Counted from the first letter of the stretch, positions 1 through 10,873 are shown. The stretch is 64,000 nt of DNA from Mantamonas sphyraenae STR306 (GCA_026936335.1 JAPMXV010000039.1:1-64000); one strand, 5' to 3'. Notes: a model not told the origin generated them from the letters alone. Numbers and translations: made by a program.

Positions 1-135
1 TAACCCTAAACCCTAACCCTAACCCTAACCCTAACCCTAACCCTAACCCTAACCCTAACCCTAACCCTAACCCTAACCCTAACCCTAACCCTAACCCTAA
101 CCCTAACCCTAACCCTAACCCTAACCCTAACCCTA
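1..135. repeat. Telomeric repeat array (TAACCC)n = TTAGGG on the opposite strand; chromosome left end
   Basis: About 22 tandem TAACCC units from base 1, with one TAAACCC variant near the start; C-rich strand 5' as expected at a left end. Confidence 0.98.
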
Positions 136-400
136 GGTTCCGATATCGTGTGAATGATGTGTCTGGTCTATGTCTTGTGAGTTGTGCTTGTGTCTGCTGG
201 CAGAGTGGCTGGGTTGGTTGGTGAAATGGGGCAGTGGGCAACGGGTGGGAGGGGAAATGTCGCTGGTGAGTGGCCGTTGTCCTACAACGCCGCGCAGTCA
301 GCACTGCCCATCCGCCTTCAACCAAAGTATCACCAACACCCACAACACCCTCCACCTGTCCAATACAATCCGTATACACTCCTGTACCACTTCCACCACC

Positions 401-2648
401 ATGGACAAGGACTACTCAAGCACTCCGAAGCAACAGCACACACCCAACACCTGCCCAGCGTGCGTTCTGCCTTCCACCCCGTTTTCTGACTGCCCGCTTC
501 TCCCGCTTGCTTGCCTCCTCCATGCCTCCGTCGCTTCTCTACACTCCTCCCAAGCATCTCCCCTTCCCCATCACCACCGCTGCTGCCTTCACCGCTCTTC
601 TCCGATCCACTCCCCCCTGTCACTGCTCTCCCCGTTGCCAGTTTCCCCGTCTGCCAATCTCGTCCGTTTTCCCTCTTTGCTCGTTCCAGCCTCCCTTCAC
701 CCCGCTTCTGCCCTGACGGCGTCCATCCCGCCTTCCGCTCACCGTTCACACCGCGCCCCTCTCGTCTTCCCCACAGCTATGCGTACATGGTCCCTCCCAT
801 GGCTGCCCAGCCGTTTCCGAACATGCTGCCCGTCTCTGGCGTACAAAACCCGTACCAGCACCCACAACCACCCATCATCTGGGTCCCTGTCAACACCCAT
901 CCCCAGCAGCACCACGCATATGCTCATCAGGGTCACCCATACTACGCCTACCCTCCTCCGCCGCCTCCTCAGCCGCGACAAACCGCCCAGGTGCACTTCG
1001 CTCAGCCTCCGTCGCACCCTCCGCCTGCTGAACCCACCGGAAACCACAACCGCGTCCCCAAACGCATCAGCCCTGCCTTTGTCAGTATCACACGGACCAC
1101 ATCCACCACCACATCGTCGTCCTCCTCCCACCAGACCACACAGCAGACTGGAGACAGCGACGACGACGACGCAGACCAGGACACACACACACAAGACACC
1201 GGCGACGTGGAGGACCTGATGTTCCTGAACTTTGGTCACCGTGAACCACGGTCAATGTCCAGCAACTCAGAGTGGATGACCAGCTCAGGGATGGAGGCGT
1301 ACGAAGAAGACGGCGAGGCAAAGGACGCAACCCAGCAGCACGTGGACGACGAGTTGGAAACGCAGGGTACCTTCAGCTTTGCAGACTCTGGTGATGCCAT
1401 GAATGAGGAGTACATGCCGCCAGACGACAGCGACGACGACACAGACGACATGGAGCAGGAGGACTTGGACGAGTGGCAGCCGAGACGCACAAGCAGCAGC
1501 CGCACACAGGTGGTGTTGTGCGCAAAGGGTGGACAATTGGATACTGTGACGAGCGCAGCCACAGGAACAAGAAGGAGCACACGGCACTGCTGAACCACAT
1601 GCACACTCTGGCCAATGAGCATCCCATCGACGACATCCCCGACCTCATGACCCTGCAGGCGCGTGTTGTGGTCTGTCATGGCACCCTGAGCACGCTGGTT
1701 CGACAGATTCAGCTCGCTCTGGGCAACATTCCCCTCTCCCAGGGAGACATGGCCTTCTTTCTCACCCTTCTCGGCCGTTACATGGATCAACATGCGTGCA
1801 TCCTTGCTATCAACAATGCTGGTCTGGCCATGGGTGTGACAAAGGCTGAGTTGAAGGTGTGCTGGCTGGAGGAGCCAGACGACTACGGCGACCCCAACTA
1901 CGCCCTCCTCCACCTGCTCATGTCAGAGATGGACACTCTCGGCGAGAGAACCCATCCCACCACCTGGAAGGAGTACGAGCAGACCCAGCTGTGGCTGCAG
2001 AAAGCACGACGCCCTGCTGACAACGACAGCGACCCACACTGGACACAATGCGACTACGATCATCACCTCACCACCACCAACGTGGAAAAGTGGCATCCTG
2101 AGCCTGTGCGCAGTGGCTGGAGCAAGACCGCAGACGAGCGTAGCAGCTGCACGGCGCGGGAGTTCCAGACGCTGCTGGCACACATGAAGGCACGCGCAGC
2201 CAAGCACCCTCGCCATCAGCTCACACACGAGCTCCATGCGCTGCGTGAGCTGATCAACAACGGCAGCCTGCACTCCCTCCTGCGACACATCATCCTGGCG
2301 CTGGGCAACGTTGGCGTGCCGCCTGTCGACCTGGCCTTCTTTGTCCGCCTCCTCAGGCCACACCTCACTTACCAGCACGTTGCCAATGCCATCAGCAACA
2401 CCCTCACCCGCGGTGTCACCTCCCTCTCCCTCAAGATCGCCTGGCTCGACAACCCCAAACCCAGCGACGCCACACTGCACACCCTCCTCCACACCCTCAT
2501 CGACCGCATCACACCCCACATCACCACCCGTCCTACCACCGTCGCACTCCTCAACGCCTACCCCATCCCCTCCTTCACCCTGCCCAAGCGCAAAGACCCT
2601 TCCTCCTCCTCTTCCTCCTCCTCCTCCAAACGCCAACGCCTCGAATGA
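401..2648 (+). CDS. Subtelomeric orphan protein: Pro/Gln-rich and acidic N-terminus, two copies of an unknown ~135-aa helical domain, C-terminal bipartite NLS-like motif; apparent frameshift at ~1483-1517
   Basis: ATG 401 (MDKDYSS). Intron 460-776 (GTGCGT...CTGAC...CCACAG) joins in frame to ORF 511-1593. ORF 1473-2648 holds the internal duplication and ends PKRK-S-rich-KRQRLE. Confidence 0.6.
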
Positions 2649-2678
2649 ACCACCCTTTCATTCACACATCCTTCCCAC

Positions 2679-4220
2679 TCACCCTCCCCTCCCCACCCAC
2701 CCAACCACCCTCTGCATCACCTCATCTGGCAGTGTCACCCACCCTTCCCACCCTCCCTCCTCCACATACTCCTCCATCCCTCCACACTCAAACATCACCT
2801 CCCTCTCCTCCCCATTCATCACCAACGCCACCTCCATCGCCTCATCCACCTCCACATCCCACCCTATCCAATGCCACGCCTTCCTCCACCCTTCCTCCCT
2901 CACCATCTCCACCGTTTCCGTCCTCGGCTTCGCTCCCCACTCCCGCAACACCTCAACAATCCCCTCATTCCCACCCTTCACTGCTCGCTCCAGCGAAGTC
3001 TCATTTCCACCATCCCCTGCAAAAGTATCCACAGGCACACCCCACTCCCTCAACTCTCTCATCCTCTCCACATCCCCACACTCCACAAACTCCACGTGCT
3101 TCATATGGTTCCTGTCCGACAGCAACCGCAAAGCTCCATTGCCAACGTCTCTGATTCTCCAGCACGACCGGTTGCCTTGCAATGCCTGCGCCATTGATGC
3201 TCCTGCTACTGTCCCGATGCTGTTGCCGCTGAGGTCCAGTTTCTGCAAACTGGTGTTCTCAATCAGTCCCTGCGCCAGTGCTCTAGCTCCTTTGTCCGCA
3301 ATGCTGTTGTTGTTGAGGTTCAGATTGTGCAAGCTGCTGCTCGTACTCAGTGCCTGAGCCAGTGCTGCTCCTCCTTCGTCCCCGATGCTGTTGCCGCTGA
3401 GGTCCAGTGTCTGCAAACTGGTGTTCTCAATCAGTCCCTGCGCCAGTGCTGCTGCGCCTTCTGCCCCGATGTTGTTTCCTCTGAGGTTCAGTGTCTGCAA
3501 GCTGCTGTTCTCAATCAGTCCCTGCGCCAAGGCTACTGCGCCTTTTGCCCGATGATGTTGGTGTAGAGGTCCAGATGTGTGCAAACTGCTGTTCTCACTC
3601 AGGGCCTGCCCCAGTGCTGCTGCTCCTTCGTCCCAATGCTGGTCCAGCTGAGGTCAGAGTCTGCAAGCCGCTGTTCTCACACAGAGCCCGCCCCAGTGCT
3701 GCTGCTCCTTTGTCCACAATGTGGTTCCAGCTGAGGTTCAGTGTCTGCAAGCTGCTGTTCTCTCTCAGTCCCTGTGCCAGACGCTGCTGTTCCTTCTGCA
3801 CCGATGCTGTTGTTCCAGAGGTTCAGTGTCCGCAAGCTGCTGTTCTCACTCAGGACCTGCTTCAGTGCTGCAGCTCCTTCTGCCCCGATGCTGTTCTGGC
3901 TGAGGTTCAGTGTCTGCAAGCTGCGGTTCTCAGCCAGCGCCTTGGCCAGCGCCACTGTTCTTTTGCCTCCCAGCTCCCAGCGTGCAAGCCCCAATTCCTG
4001 TGGGCGACGTGTCAACATTCGTTCCATCCTTCGTACACACCCTCCCACCCACCCTCCCACCCATCCCCCTTTCCCTTCCCCTTGTGCGACGACCAAAAGC
4101 CGTCCCTCCCGGCTCCCTCCCACCCCAACTCACCGTTCCCTCAGCCTCCAAAGCATCAACAATCCGCACATGGTCCCCACTCTGCAACAATTTCTCCCAA
4201 TCATCTTTTCCTAAGCTCAT
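2679..4220 (-). CDS. RNI/NLRC3-like leucine-rich repeat protein with C-terminal ankyrin-like repeat; frameshifted in repeats at ~3550-3790 (pseudogene or assembly errors)
   Basis: 28-aa repeats (ALAQGLIENTSLQTLDLSGNSIGDEGG) spread over three ORFs. Exon 1 is 4134-4220 and intron 3998-4133 (GTGAGT...CCCACAG). ETSLERAVKGGNEGIVEVLREWGA is ankyrin-like. Confidence 0.75.
3190..3960. repeat. 84-bp tandem LRR-coding repeat, ~9 copies
   Basis: Recurrent ctgaggttcagtgtctgcaagctgctgttctc units at ~84-bp spacing. Confidence 0.9.
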
Positions 4221-4376
4221 TTGTTCTGCATCCGGCTGCGCTTGCCATCTCGACTGTGCACCTCAGGCAAACCACCCCTGCATCAACAGGCACACGAAGC
4301 TGTCCGTGGTGAACACGACGCAAGGAATGGAAAATACGGTGCACAAGCGGAGGTGTCCATTCCTCCTCCCCTTCAA

Positions 4377-5785
4377 TCACCCACCACCACCACCACCACC
4401 ACCCCTCAACCACTCGCTCTGCAACGCTTCCCTTGCGGTCAACCGTTTGCCCGGATCCACCTCCAGACAACCACGCAGAACACTGTACACCTCCTCCGGC
4501 GCCGCCTCGGCCACACTCATCCCGCTGTCCTCCATCTGCACTGTGTTTAAACTCACACACAGCTCCCGCAGATCCACATGCTCAGGCATCGACGCCTTTT
4601 CCTCCGGCAGCAACATCACCTTCCGCCCGCCACACTCTTGCATCACTGCCTCCTTGCCCAGCACATACACAAGCTGTAGCAGCGACTCGTCGTCATCCCG
4701 TGCCGAAAAGAACGGGTAGCGCCCGCTCAGCAGCGAAAGCAGGATCACTCCGGCGCTCCACACGTCGATGGCTGTGCTTTGTTCCTGGCTCCTCATCAAC
4801 ACCTCTGGCGCACGGTAGCCCTTTGTCCCTGCCCGTGGCGCGTACATCGCCTTGCCTTTGGCCGTGCTCCGCTCCGCCTCCCCATCTTTCGATCGCCTCC
4901 TGCTCCGCACCGCCCGCTTCCCCTTGCTCCCTTGCATCATCCGCTCGTACCCGTTTTCCCCTCCCTCGTAGTGAGCCAGTCCAAAGTCCACCAGCAAATA
5001 CTGCTTCCGCTCACGCGAAAACAAAAAGTTGTACGGCTTCACGTCCCTGTGCATCACCCCGTGGGCGTGCAAGTGCGCCAGCGCCTCAAACAGCGCCCTC
5101 ATATAGTCCCGGATATCTGCTAGCGTAAACTCCGCCAGCGACTCCTGTTCCCATCCCGCGTCAGTGCCTTTCCCGCCAAAAATCCGCCTCCCGCCTCCTC
5201 ACTGCTCACCTTGAAGCTGTCGTGTTCAAAGAACGGCAGCACAAACGTCATGTGGTCTTCGTACCGCTCTGCCCGCAAACATTTCACCACGTGGTGTGCT
5301 CCCCTGTGTACACGTCAGCCCGCCCGCCTCCCATCAGCTGCCCCTCCCCTCTCGCCTCCACTTACCCATACTCGTGCAGAAAGTGAGCCTCGTTCAGCAT
5401 CCTGTCTGCAGAAGTCGTTGGCATCAGTCTTTTGAATGCCACCTGCACCGTCTCACCGTTGTCCAGCCGTGCCGTCCCCCTGTACACGTTCGAGAACGTC
5501 CCGTGCCCAATCTTTTCCTCTACCACATACCCCTTGCCCTCCCCAAGCTCAGGAAATGTTTCCTCCTCTTCTTCATCCTCCTCCTCTTCCTCTTCATCCT
5601 CTCTCCTCCTCTTCCTCCTCTTCCTCTTCTTCCTCCTCTACATCTCCTTCGGCTCCCCCGTCTCCCGCCTTCCCAACTTCCTCCCCTGACCTCAATCCAT
5701 CTCCGGTCTCCACCTCCTCCACCTCCTCCTCCTCGCCCTCATCCCTTTGTACACTCCGCCCGCCATACGAGACTTCCACGTCCAT
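4377..5785 (-). CDS. CDC7: CDC7 (DDK) serine/threonine kinase; introns ~5145-5209 and ~5304-5365; apparent frameshift in poly-Glu at ~5600; start uncertain
   Basis: KIGHGTFSNVY, HRDVKPYNFLF, LVDFGLA, APRAGTKGYRAPEVL and IDVWSAGVILLSLLSGRYPFF are CDC7-type signatures. Confidence 0.88.
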
Positions 5786-5836
5786 TGCGGCCACAATCCT
5801 GTGCCTCTCCCAGCGCGCCCGGCGCCCCAATCCACC

Positions 5837-6893
5837 ATGCCCCGCCTTCGCGCCTATATGGTCCCACAGCTCACTCCGGCCGTCCTAGCCATCCTCCACC
5901 AGCACAACATCCGCTCCGTCGAGTCTCTGATCTTTATGAACAAAGCCACGCTCGCCTCTCACCTTGACGCTGATCCCACTGTACGCCTGCACCCTCTCAA
6001 CCCCCGCCCCGCCCCGTTCCATCCTTGACCTCCCCACTCACCCATCTCCCTTCCACCCGCAGCCCCTCCTTCGCGCTCTCAAACGCGCTGCCGCCGCCCC
6101 GTCCTCCTCCGCTGCCGCTCTCTACCGCGCCGCATGTACAAAGAAACAACAACAACAAGAACATCACACCCTCACCACAGGTATCCCAGAGCTGGACTCC
6201 ATCCACCTGCCCCGTGGCCTCACAGGCGTCGTCGAGCTCACTGGCCAGCAAAACACGGGCAAGTCCCTCCTCGCCCACATGCTAGCCCTTCGCGCTGCCC
6301 AAAGCTCCACCACCTCCACAGCCGCCCATGTCGTCTACATCGACACCAGCAACGCCTTTAGCCCAGTCCTCCTCCGCCAGCTCTTCCACCACGCCGCGCA
6401 AACCGCTCACCAAACTTCAAACTGCCCCTGTGCTCCACTCCTGAGCCGCATCCACTGCATACCGGCCTACGACCTCCTCGACATCCCTCGTCATCTCTAT
6501 GCCCTCACCGACCGCGTCCTCCTCCATGCCTTCCCCCTCGCTCTCGTGGTTCTCGATTCGTTCTCGGCCGTCGCCGCTCCCCTCAACAACTCCCGCCAGG
6601 GCCTCGGCCACGCCACCATCAGCTATGCTGCTCGTTCCATGCGTATGTTTTACTGTCTCACGCGTGTCCCTGTCCTCTGCACCACCCACGTCGTCTCTGC
6701 CCACCACATCAGCGCCCAACTCCACCGGCCCGCGCTTGGCAAGTTCTGGACCCACGTTCCCGACTCCCAGATCTTCCTCCGCCTCAGCCAGACCACACGT
6801 GCACGCCACGCCGTCCTGTGCAAGTCCAACCAGACCCACCCTGGCCTCATCTCCACGCTATCCCTCACCCTCCCCAGCAGCAACGACATCTAG
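5837..6893 (+). CDS. RAD51D: RAD51 paralog D; intron ~5981-6062
   Basis: N-terminus MPRLRAYMVPQLT..LHQHNIRSVESL, Walker A GQQNTGKS, Walker B LVVLDS, and RPALGKFWTHVP typical of RAD51D. Confidence 0.85.
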
Positions 6894-7465
6894 TCGTCCT
6901 CCGGAATCTCTTCGTTCCGCTGCGCCAGCGGGCCTGCACTCTCATAGTTCAAATACAGATTATACTGGTACACCAGGTTGGGGATGCTGGGTTTGAACGC
7001 CTGCGGCTTGCATCCCAGCAGCTCTTCCATCAGCTCAGCGTTCTCCACAATCGTGCTCCCCATCACACGCCCCTCTTCCCCTTCCTTCCACAGCAGTTTC
7101 GTCGTCTCTGCGTACGCCTCCCACACTTCCCGTGTGATAAACGGCGGGTCGATCACCACATAGTCAAACGTGTGCTGCAACTCCTCCGGCACCGCCGACG
7201 GCTCGTTAAAGTCGTAAAACACGTACCCAGAGTCGCTCTCAAAGTTCCGGTCGTAGTCAAACACTCGGCTCTGCTCCTTGAGCCCCTTGTCCGACAGCGA
7301 AAAGTAGATGCTTGGCGTGCTCAGGAAAGCCACCCGTTTCGCGCCACTTTCCTGGATCTCGTTCACCATCGCCGCAATCGTTTTGCTGCTGTACCAGTAC
7401 TGGTTCAGCTCGCTGTCCTCCTTGTGCTTGATCAAGAACTTCTCCGGTCTCACCTTGCGCGACAT
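6890..7465 (-). CDS. EEF1AKMT1: eEF1A lysine methyltransferase 1 (N6AMT2/Efm5 family)
   Basis: EDSELNQYWYS, VAFLSTPSIY, FDYDRNF, FYDFNEP and VVIDPPF motifs. Confidence 0.88.
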   Translation of the reverse strand: MSRKVRPEKFLIKHKEDSELNQYWYSSKTIAAMVNEIQESGAKRVAFLSTPSIYFSLSDKGLKEQSRVFDYDRNFESDSGYVFYDFNEPSAVPEELQHTFDYVVIDPPFITREVWEAYAETTKLLWKEGEEGRVMGSTIVENAELMEELLGCKPQAFKPSIPNLVYQYNLYLNYESAGPLAQRNEEIPEDD

Positions 7466-7555
7466 CTCCTCCCTTCGTGTGGCTTCCGCGGCGCTTGTCC
7501 TGCCAACGCACTCTCCTCTTCTCGCCCACTCCCCACCGGCCACATCCACATCCAC

Positions 7556-8742
7556 ATGTCACAGACGCAATCCCTGGGCAAGGTGCACATCGGCTGCAGT
7601 GGCTACAGCTTCCCGCACTGGCGCAACGGCAAGTTCTTCCCCGCCAACATGCTGCAAAGCGAAGAGTTTGCATACTACGCCAAGAAAGTACGACACCCCG
7701 TCCACAGCACTTCCCCCCCACCGCCCATCTACCACACAACCCCGTCCTCGCTCCCGCTCGACGCTTCTTTCCCCTTTCCCGTTCCCGCAAAAAACGTCTC
7801 GTCATCGCTCACCCTCTTTTTCTCCCGGGCCCACCCCCGGCCCCATCTCCACCCGTCCTCACACACAAGTTCACCACCGTCGAGATCAACAACACCTTCC
7901 ACCGCACTCCCACGGTCGAGGTGTTTACCAAATGGCGTGATCGCGCTCCGACCGACTTCCACTACGCCCTCAAGTTCCACCGCTACCTGACCCACGAGGT
8001 GAACCTGGAAAAGTCTCTTGTTGCCGAGTCGTGGCAACACTTCACTTCCTGTGCCTCTCACCTCCAGAGCCGCCACGGCACCCTCCTCTTCCAGTTCCCG
8101 GCCAGTTTTGTCCTCAACTACGACCGCCTGGAGAACCTCATCACGCACATCAACACCACCAGTGGCTATCCATCCGACATGAGTCCTCGCGTTGCCTTTG
8201 AGTTTCGCAGCAAGACCTGGTTCTGCCAAGAGGTCTTTGATCTCCTGCGCACCCACAACCATGCCCTTGTTTTCTCCTCCCACAACACCTTTCCCTACTC
8301 TGAAGAAATCACCGCCGACTTTGTCTACCTGCGTCTCCACGGCCCCGAAGAGCTTCACGCCTCCTCCTACAGCGACGACCAGCTCGACGAATGGGCCACC
8401 AAGATCAACGCCTGGCGCGTCCTCGGCCTCGACGTCTACTGCTACTTCAACGCAGACGTCGAAGCCTACGGCCCCAACAACGCCCTCTCACTCATGAAAA
8501 AGGTCCGAGCCCTTGCTGGCGAGCAAGACACCCAACGCATCATCAACACCAAGAACGCCCCATCCGTCCTCAACTTTTTCAAGCGCAAGCCCTCGTCGTC
8601 CACCTCCTCATCCTCCTCCTCATCCTCCACCACCACCACCACCACTACCACCACCACCACCACCACCACCTCACCAAAACGTAAAACACCACCCTCCTCA
8701 CCCGAACAACAAGACACCAAACGCCAGCGAACCACATCCTGA
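7556..8742 (+). CDS. DUF72 (YecE/YunF-like TIM-barrel) protein with eukaryotic-type C-terminal tail; intron 7688-7869
   Basis: HIGCSGYSFPHW, FTTVEINNTFHRTP, LLFQFPASF, AFEFRSKTWF, FVYLRLHGP, SYSDDQLDEWA, VYCYFN. Confidence 0.88.
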
Positions 8743-8755
8743 AACTTTGTTCCCT

Positions 8756-10696
8756 TCATCCTTTCGCGTTCCACTGCACGATAAACGACCCCGACTCCCG
8801 TCGAACCCCATCAGTATTGTCTGGCGAATCCTCAGACTTGTTCCCGTTCAACATTCCATCTGCTGCCGCACTCTCCAAGGTGATAATGTTTTGCGACGTG
8901 CTGTTTGCCAGACTCATCCGATCCTGATTCAACAGTGCCGTCACGCTCTCGTCCAGCCCTCCCGGCGACGACAGCAGACTAAACACTCCCGATGTCGACG
9001 AGCTGCTCCCGTTGCTCGAATGGTTCGACCCACCGTTCCTGCTCCCGCTGTTGCTTTCATCGCTCTCCTCATCGCTCAGTCTCGACGACCGCATAGACAC
9101 GCTAAACGGCGCCTGTCCTGGCGGTCCAGATTGCGTGCGCGTCGAACGTGCTCTCCGTCGCCCTTTGACGCTTGGCAAGCCACGTTGGCTCCGCGAGCTG
9201 CTGCTTCCGCTGCTCCCGCTCCCGCTGCTGCGAGACCCACTACCCCCACTCCCTCGACTCCCTGCACTCCCAGAGTGGCTCCCTCCCGATCGCCCGCCGT
9301 CACTGTTCGAATCGTCTGTGCTTGACCCGCTCTTGCTGTCGTTCCGCTCTGTGCTCGATCCGTCGCTCGACTCGGTCTTTCCTGCCTTGCTTCCGCTCCC
9401 CAAGCTGTGCTCACTTGCAAGCGATCCTTCGCTCCCGTCCCTACCCTTCCCTCCTTGCTGTGCAGTCATGCTGCTTGTGCTGTTGCTGTCCGCACCATCC
9501 CTATGCCTCTTTTCTTCCCGCATTCGCTGCATCTCAGATTCCATCATCCGCATCGTGTTTTCCTGCGACTGCAGCTCCATCTGCATCCCTTGGATCTGTT
9601 GCATCATCACCCTCATCTGCGCCTTCAGCAGCAGCACCTCCTGCGACTTGCTCTCCACAAGTGCCATGGCTGACGGTCGTTCAGTGAACGCTCCCGCCAG
9701 TCCTACAGGCACCTCCCTCAACTGCATCAGCAACTTGTCTTCAACTCCCAACGTTTCCTCCACCCGCTGTCGCTTCGACTCTACAGAGAGATGCGCTGTC
9801 TCATCCGAGGTCTCGGACGAACTTGTCGATGTGCTTTCTCGCTCTCGCTCCCGTTTCTGCCCTTCCGTGTCAGCTCCTCCCCACACATTTCCTCCGCCGC
9901 ACCCTCCACCTACCTCTCTCCCGCTCTTCGACCCCGAGCTGCCCACGCTGCTTGCCACTTTGCCAGTCCGGGATCCCTGCCTCTGAATCAGCCCAATGCT
10001 CTCCAAATTTGTTCTCCGGAACAATCCATGACTGTAAGTGTTCTTGGCCACCTTGTGGAATCCGTAGCTGTTCAGCTGCCGTACAAACGACGAACATCGT
10101 TTGTGCCGGAATGCACTCGGCAGCACCGTTTCCTCAAACGCACGCACGTTGTGGATCACCAGCCTGCATGGATTCTCCGGGCTGCTTTCTTCAACAGCAC
10201 CGCTCCTTTCCTGCACTGCACCCGTCTTCCTTCCGTGTCGACGTCCTCCTTTCCTTCGTCGTAGAGTTGGGCCCTGCCCAAAACCACTCCCCGAACCACT
10301 CCCCGAACCCGTTTCCTTCTCCTCCTTCCCCGAGTATCTGCCCCAGTCCCACGACACGATGTCCTGCGTCTCAGGGTTCTCCAAAATCAAGTATGTTGAA
10401 ATAAGAAACTGCGCCGTCCCAGCTGGGAACACAAACACGCGCCCGTCCCCCGTGATTTCTTTCCTCCCCTCTTTCCCAAGTTTCGCCGCCTCGGCCTCCT
10501 CCTGTCGATACGGTATGAACCCCACACTTTCGGTTGATCCCTCTTGAGCAACTTCACTCATGTTTCCCAGGGTATCCTCTCTTGTAACGCCTCGATTACT
10601 GCGTTTCACGCGCTTGTGGAAGGTTTCCGTGTTTTGGGGAGTTTCGTCCGCGTTTCTTTTTTGGGGAGTCACTTTGCTCGGGTCGCGCAGCTCCAT
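8756..10696 (-). CDS. HSF-type DNA-binding transcription factor with coiled-coil and Ser-rich tail; start uncertain
   Basis: FLISTYLILENP..DIVSW and FEETVLPSAFRHKRCSSFVRQLNSYGFHKV (HSF DBD), followed by a heptad segment. Confidence 0.85.
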   Translation of the reverse strand: MELRDPSKVTPQKRNADETPQNTETFHKRVKRSNRGVTREDTLGNMSEVAQEGSTESVGFIPYRQEEAEAAKLGKEGRKEITGDGRVFVFPAGTAQFLISTYLILENPETQDIVSWDWGRYSGKEEKETGSGSGSGSGFGQGPTLRRRKGGRRHGRKTGAVQERSGAVEESSPENPCRLVIHNVRAFEETVLPSAFRHKRCSSFVRQLNSYGFHKVAKNTYSHGLFRRTNLESIGLIQRQGSRTGKVASSVGSSGSKSGREVGGGCGGGNVWGGADTEGQKRERERESTSTSSSETSDETAHLSVESKRQRVEETLGVEDKLLMQLREVPVGLAGAFTERPSAMALVESKSQEVLLLKAQMRVMMQQIQGMQMELQSQENTMRMMESEMQRMREEKRHRDGADSNSTSSMTAQQGGKGRDGSEGSLASEHSLGSGSKAGKTESSDGSSTERNDSKSGSSTDDSNSDGGRSGGSHSGSAGSRGSGGSGSRSSGSGSSGSSSSRSQRGLPSVKGRRRARSTRTQSGPPGQAPFSVSMRSSRLSDEESDESNSGSRNGGSNHSSNGSSSSTSGVFSLLSSPGGLDESVTALLNQDRMSLANSTSQNIITLESAAADGMLNGNKSEDSPDNTDGVRRESGSFIVQWNAKG

Positions 10697-10873
10697 CCAT
10701 CTGCCAAGTGCGCACCACAGTTTCCAAACCCATGGAAAAAACTGTCTACTTGCCGATCCACCTATTCGCAAGATCCTTGCACCCCCCCACTCAACCCGAG
10801 CGGCCGTTTTAAGGGCCCCGAATTTTGTTCCACATTCTTCCCGACGCTCCATTTCGCCCCACACGGCTCCCGC

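Noticed and set aside
1510-1564. Possible intron fixing the frameshift in the first gene
   Set aside because: This segment encodes VRKGW..DERS, which is homologous to repeat B, so it is exonic.
3190-3960. Regular direct repeats resembling a CRISPR array or minisatellite
   Set aside because: 84-bp period with no unique spacers; they translate to 28-aa LRRs.
137-4300. Telomere-associated retrotransposon or viral insertion
   Set aside because: No RT, endonuclease, integrase, capsid, TIR or LTR motifs recognised.
8595-8670. (TCC)n/(ACC)n triplet runs here and elsewhere
   Set aside because: Ordinary coding low-complexity Ser/Thr/Glu/Gly tracts.
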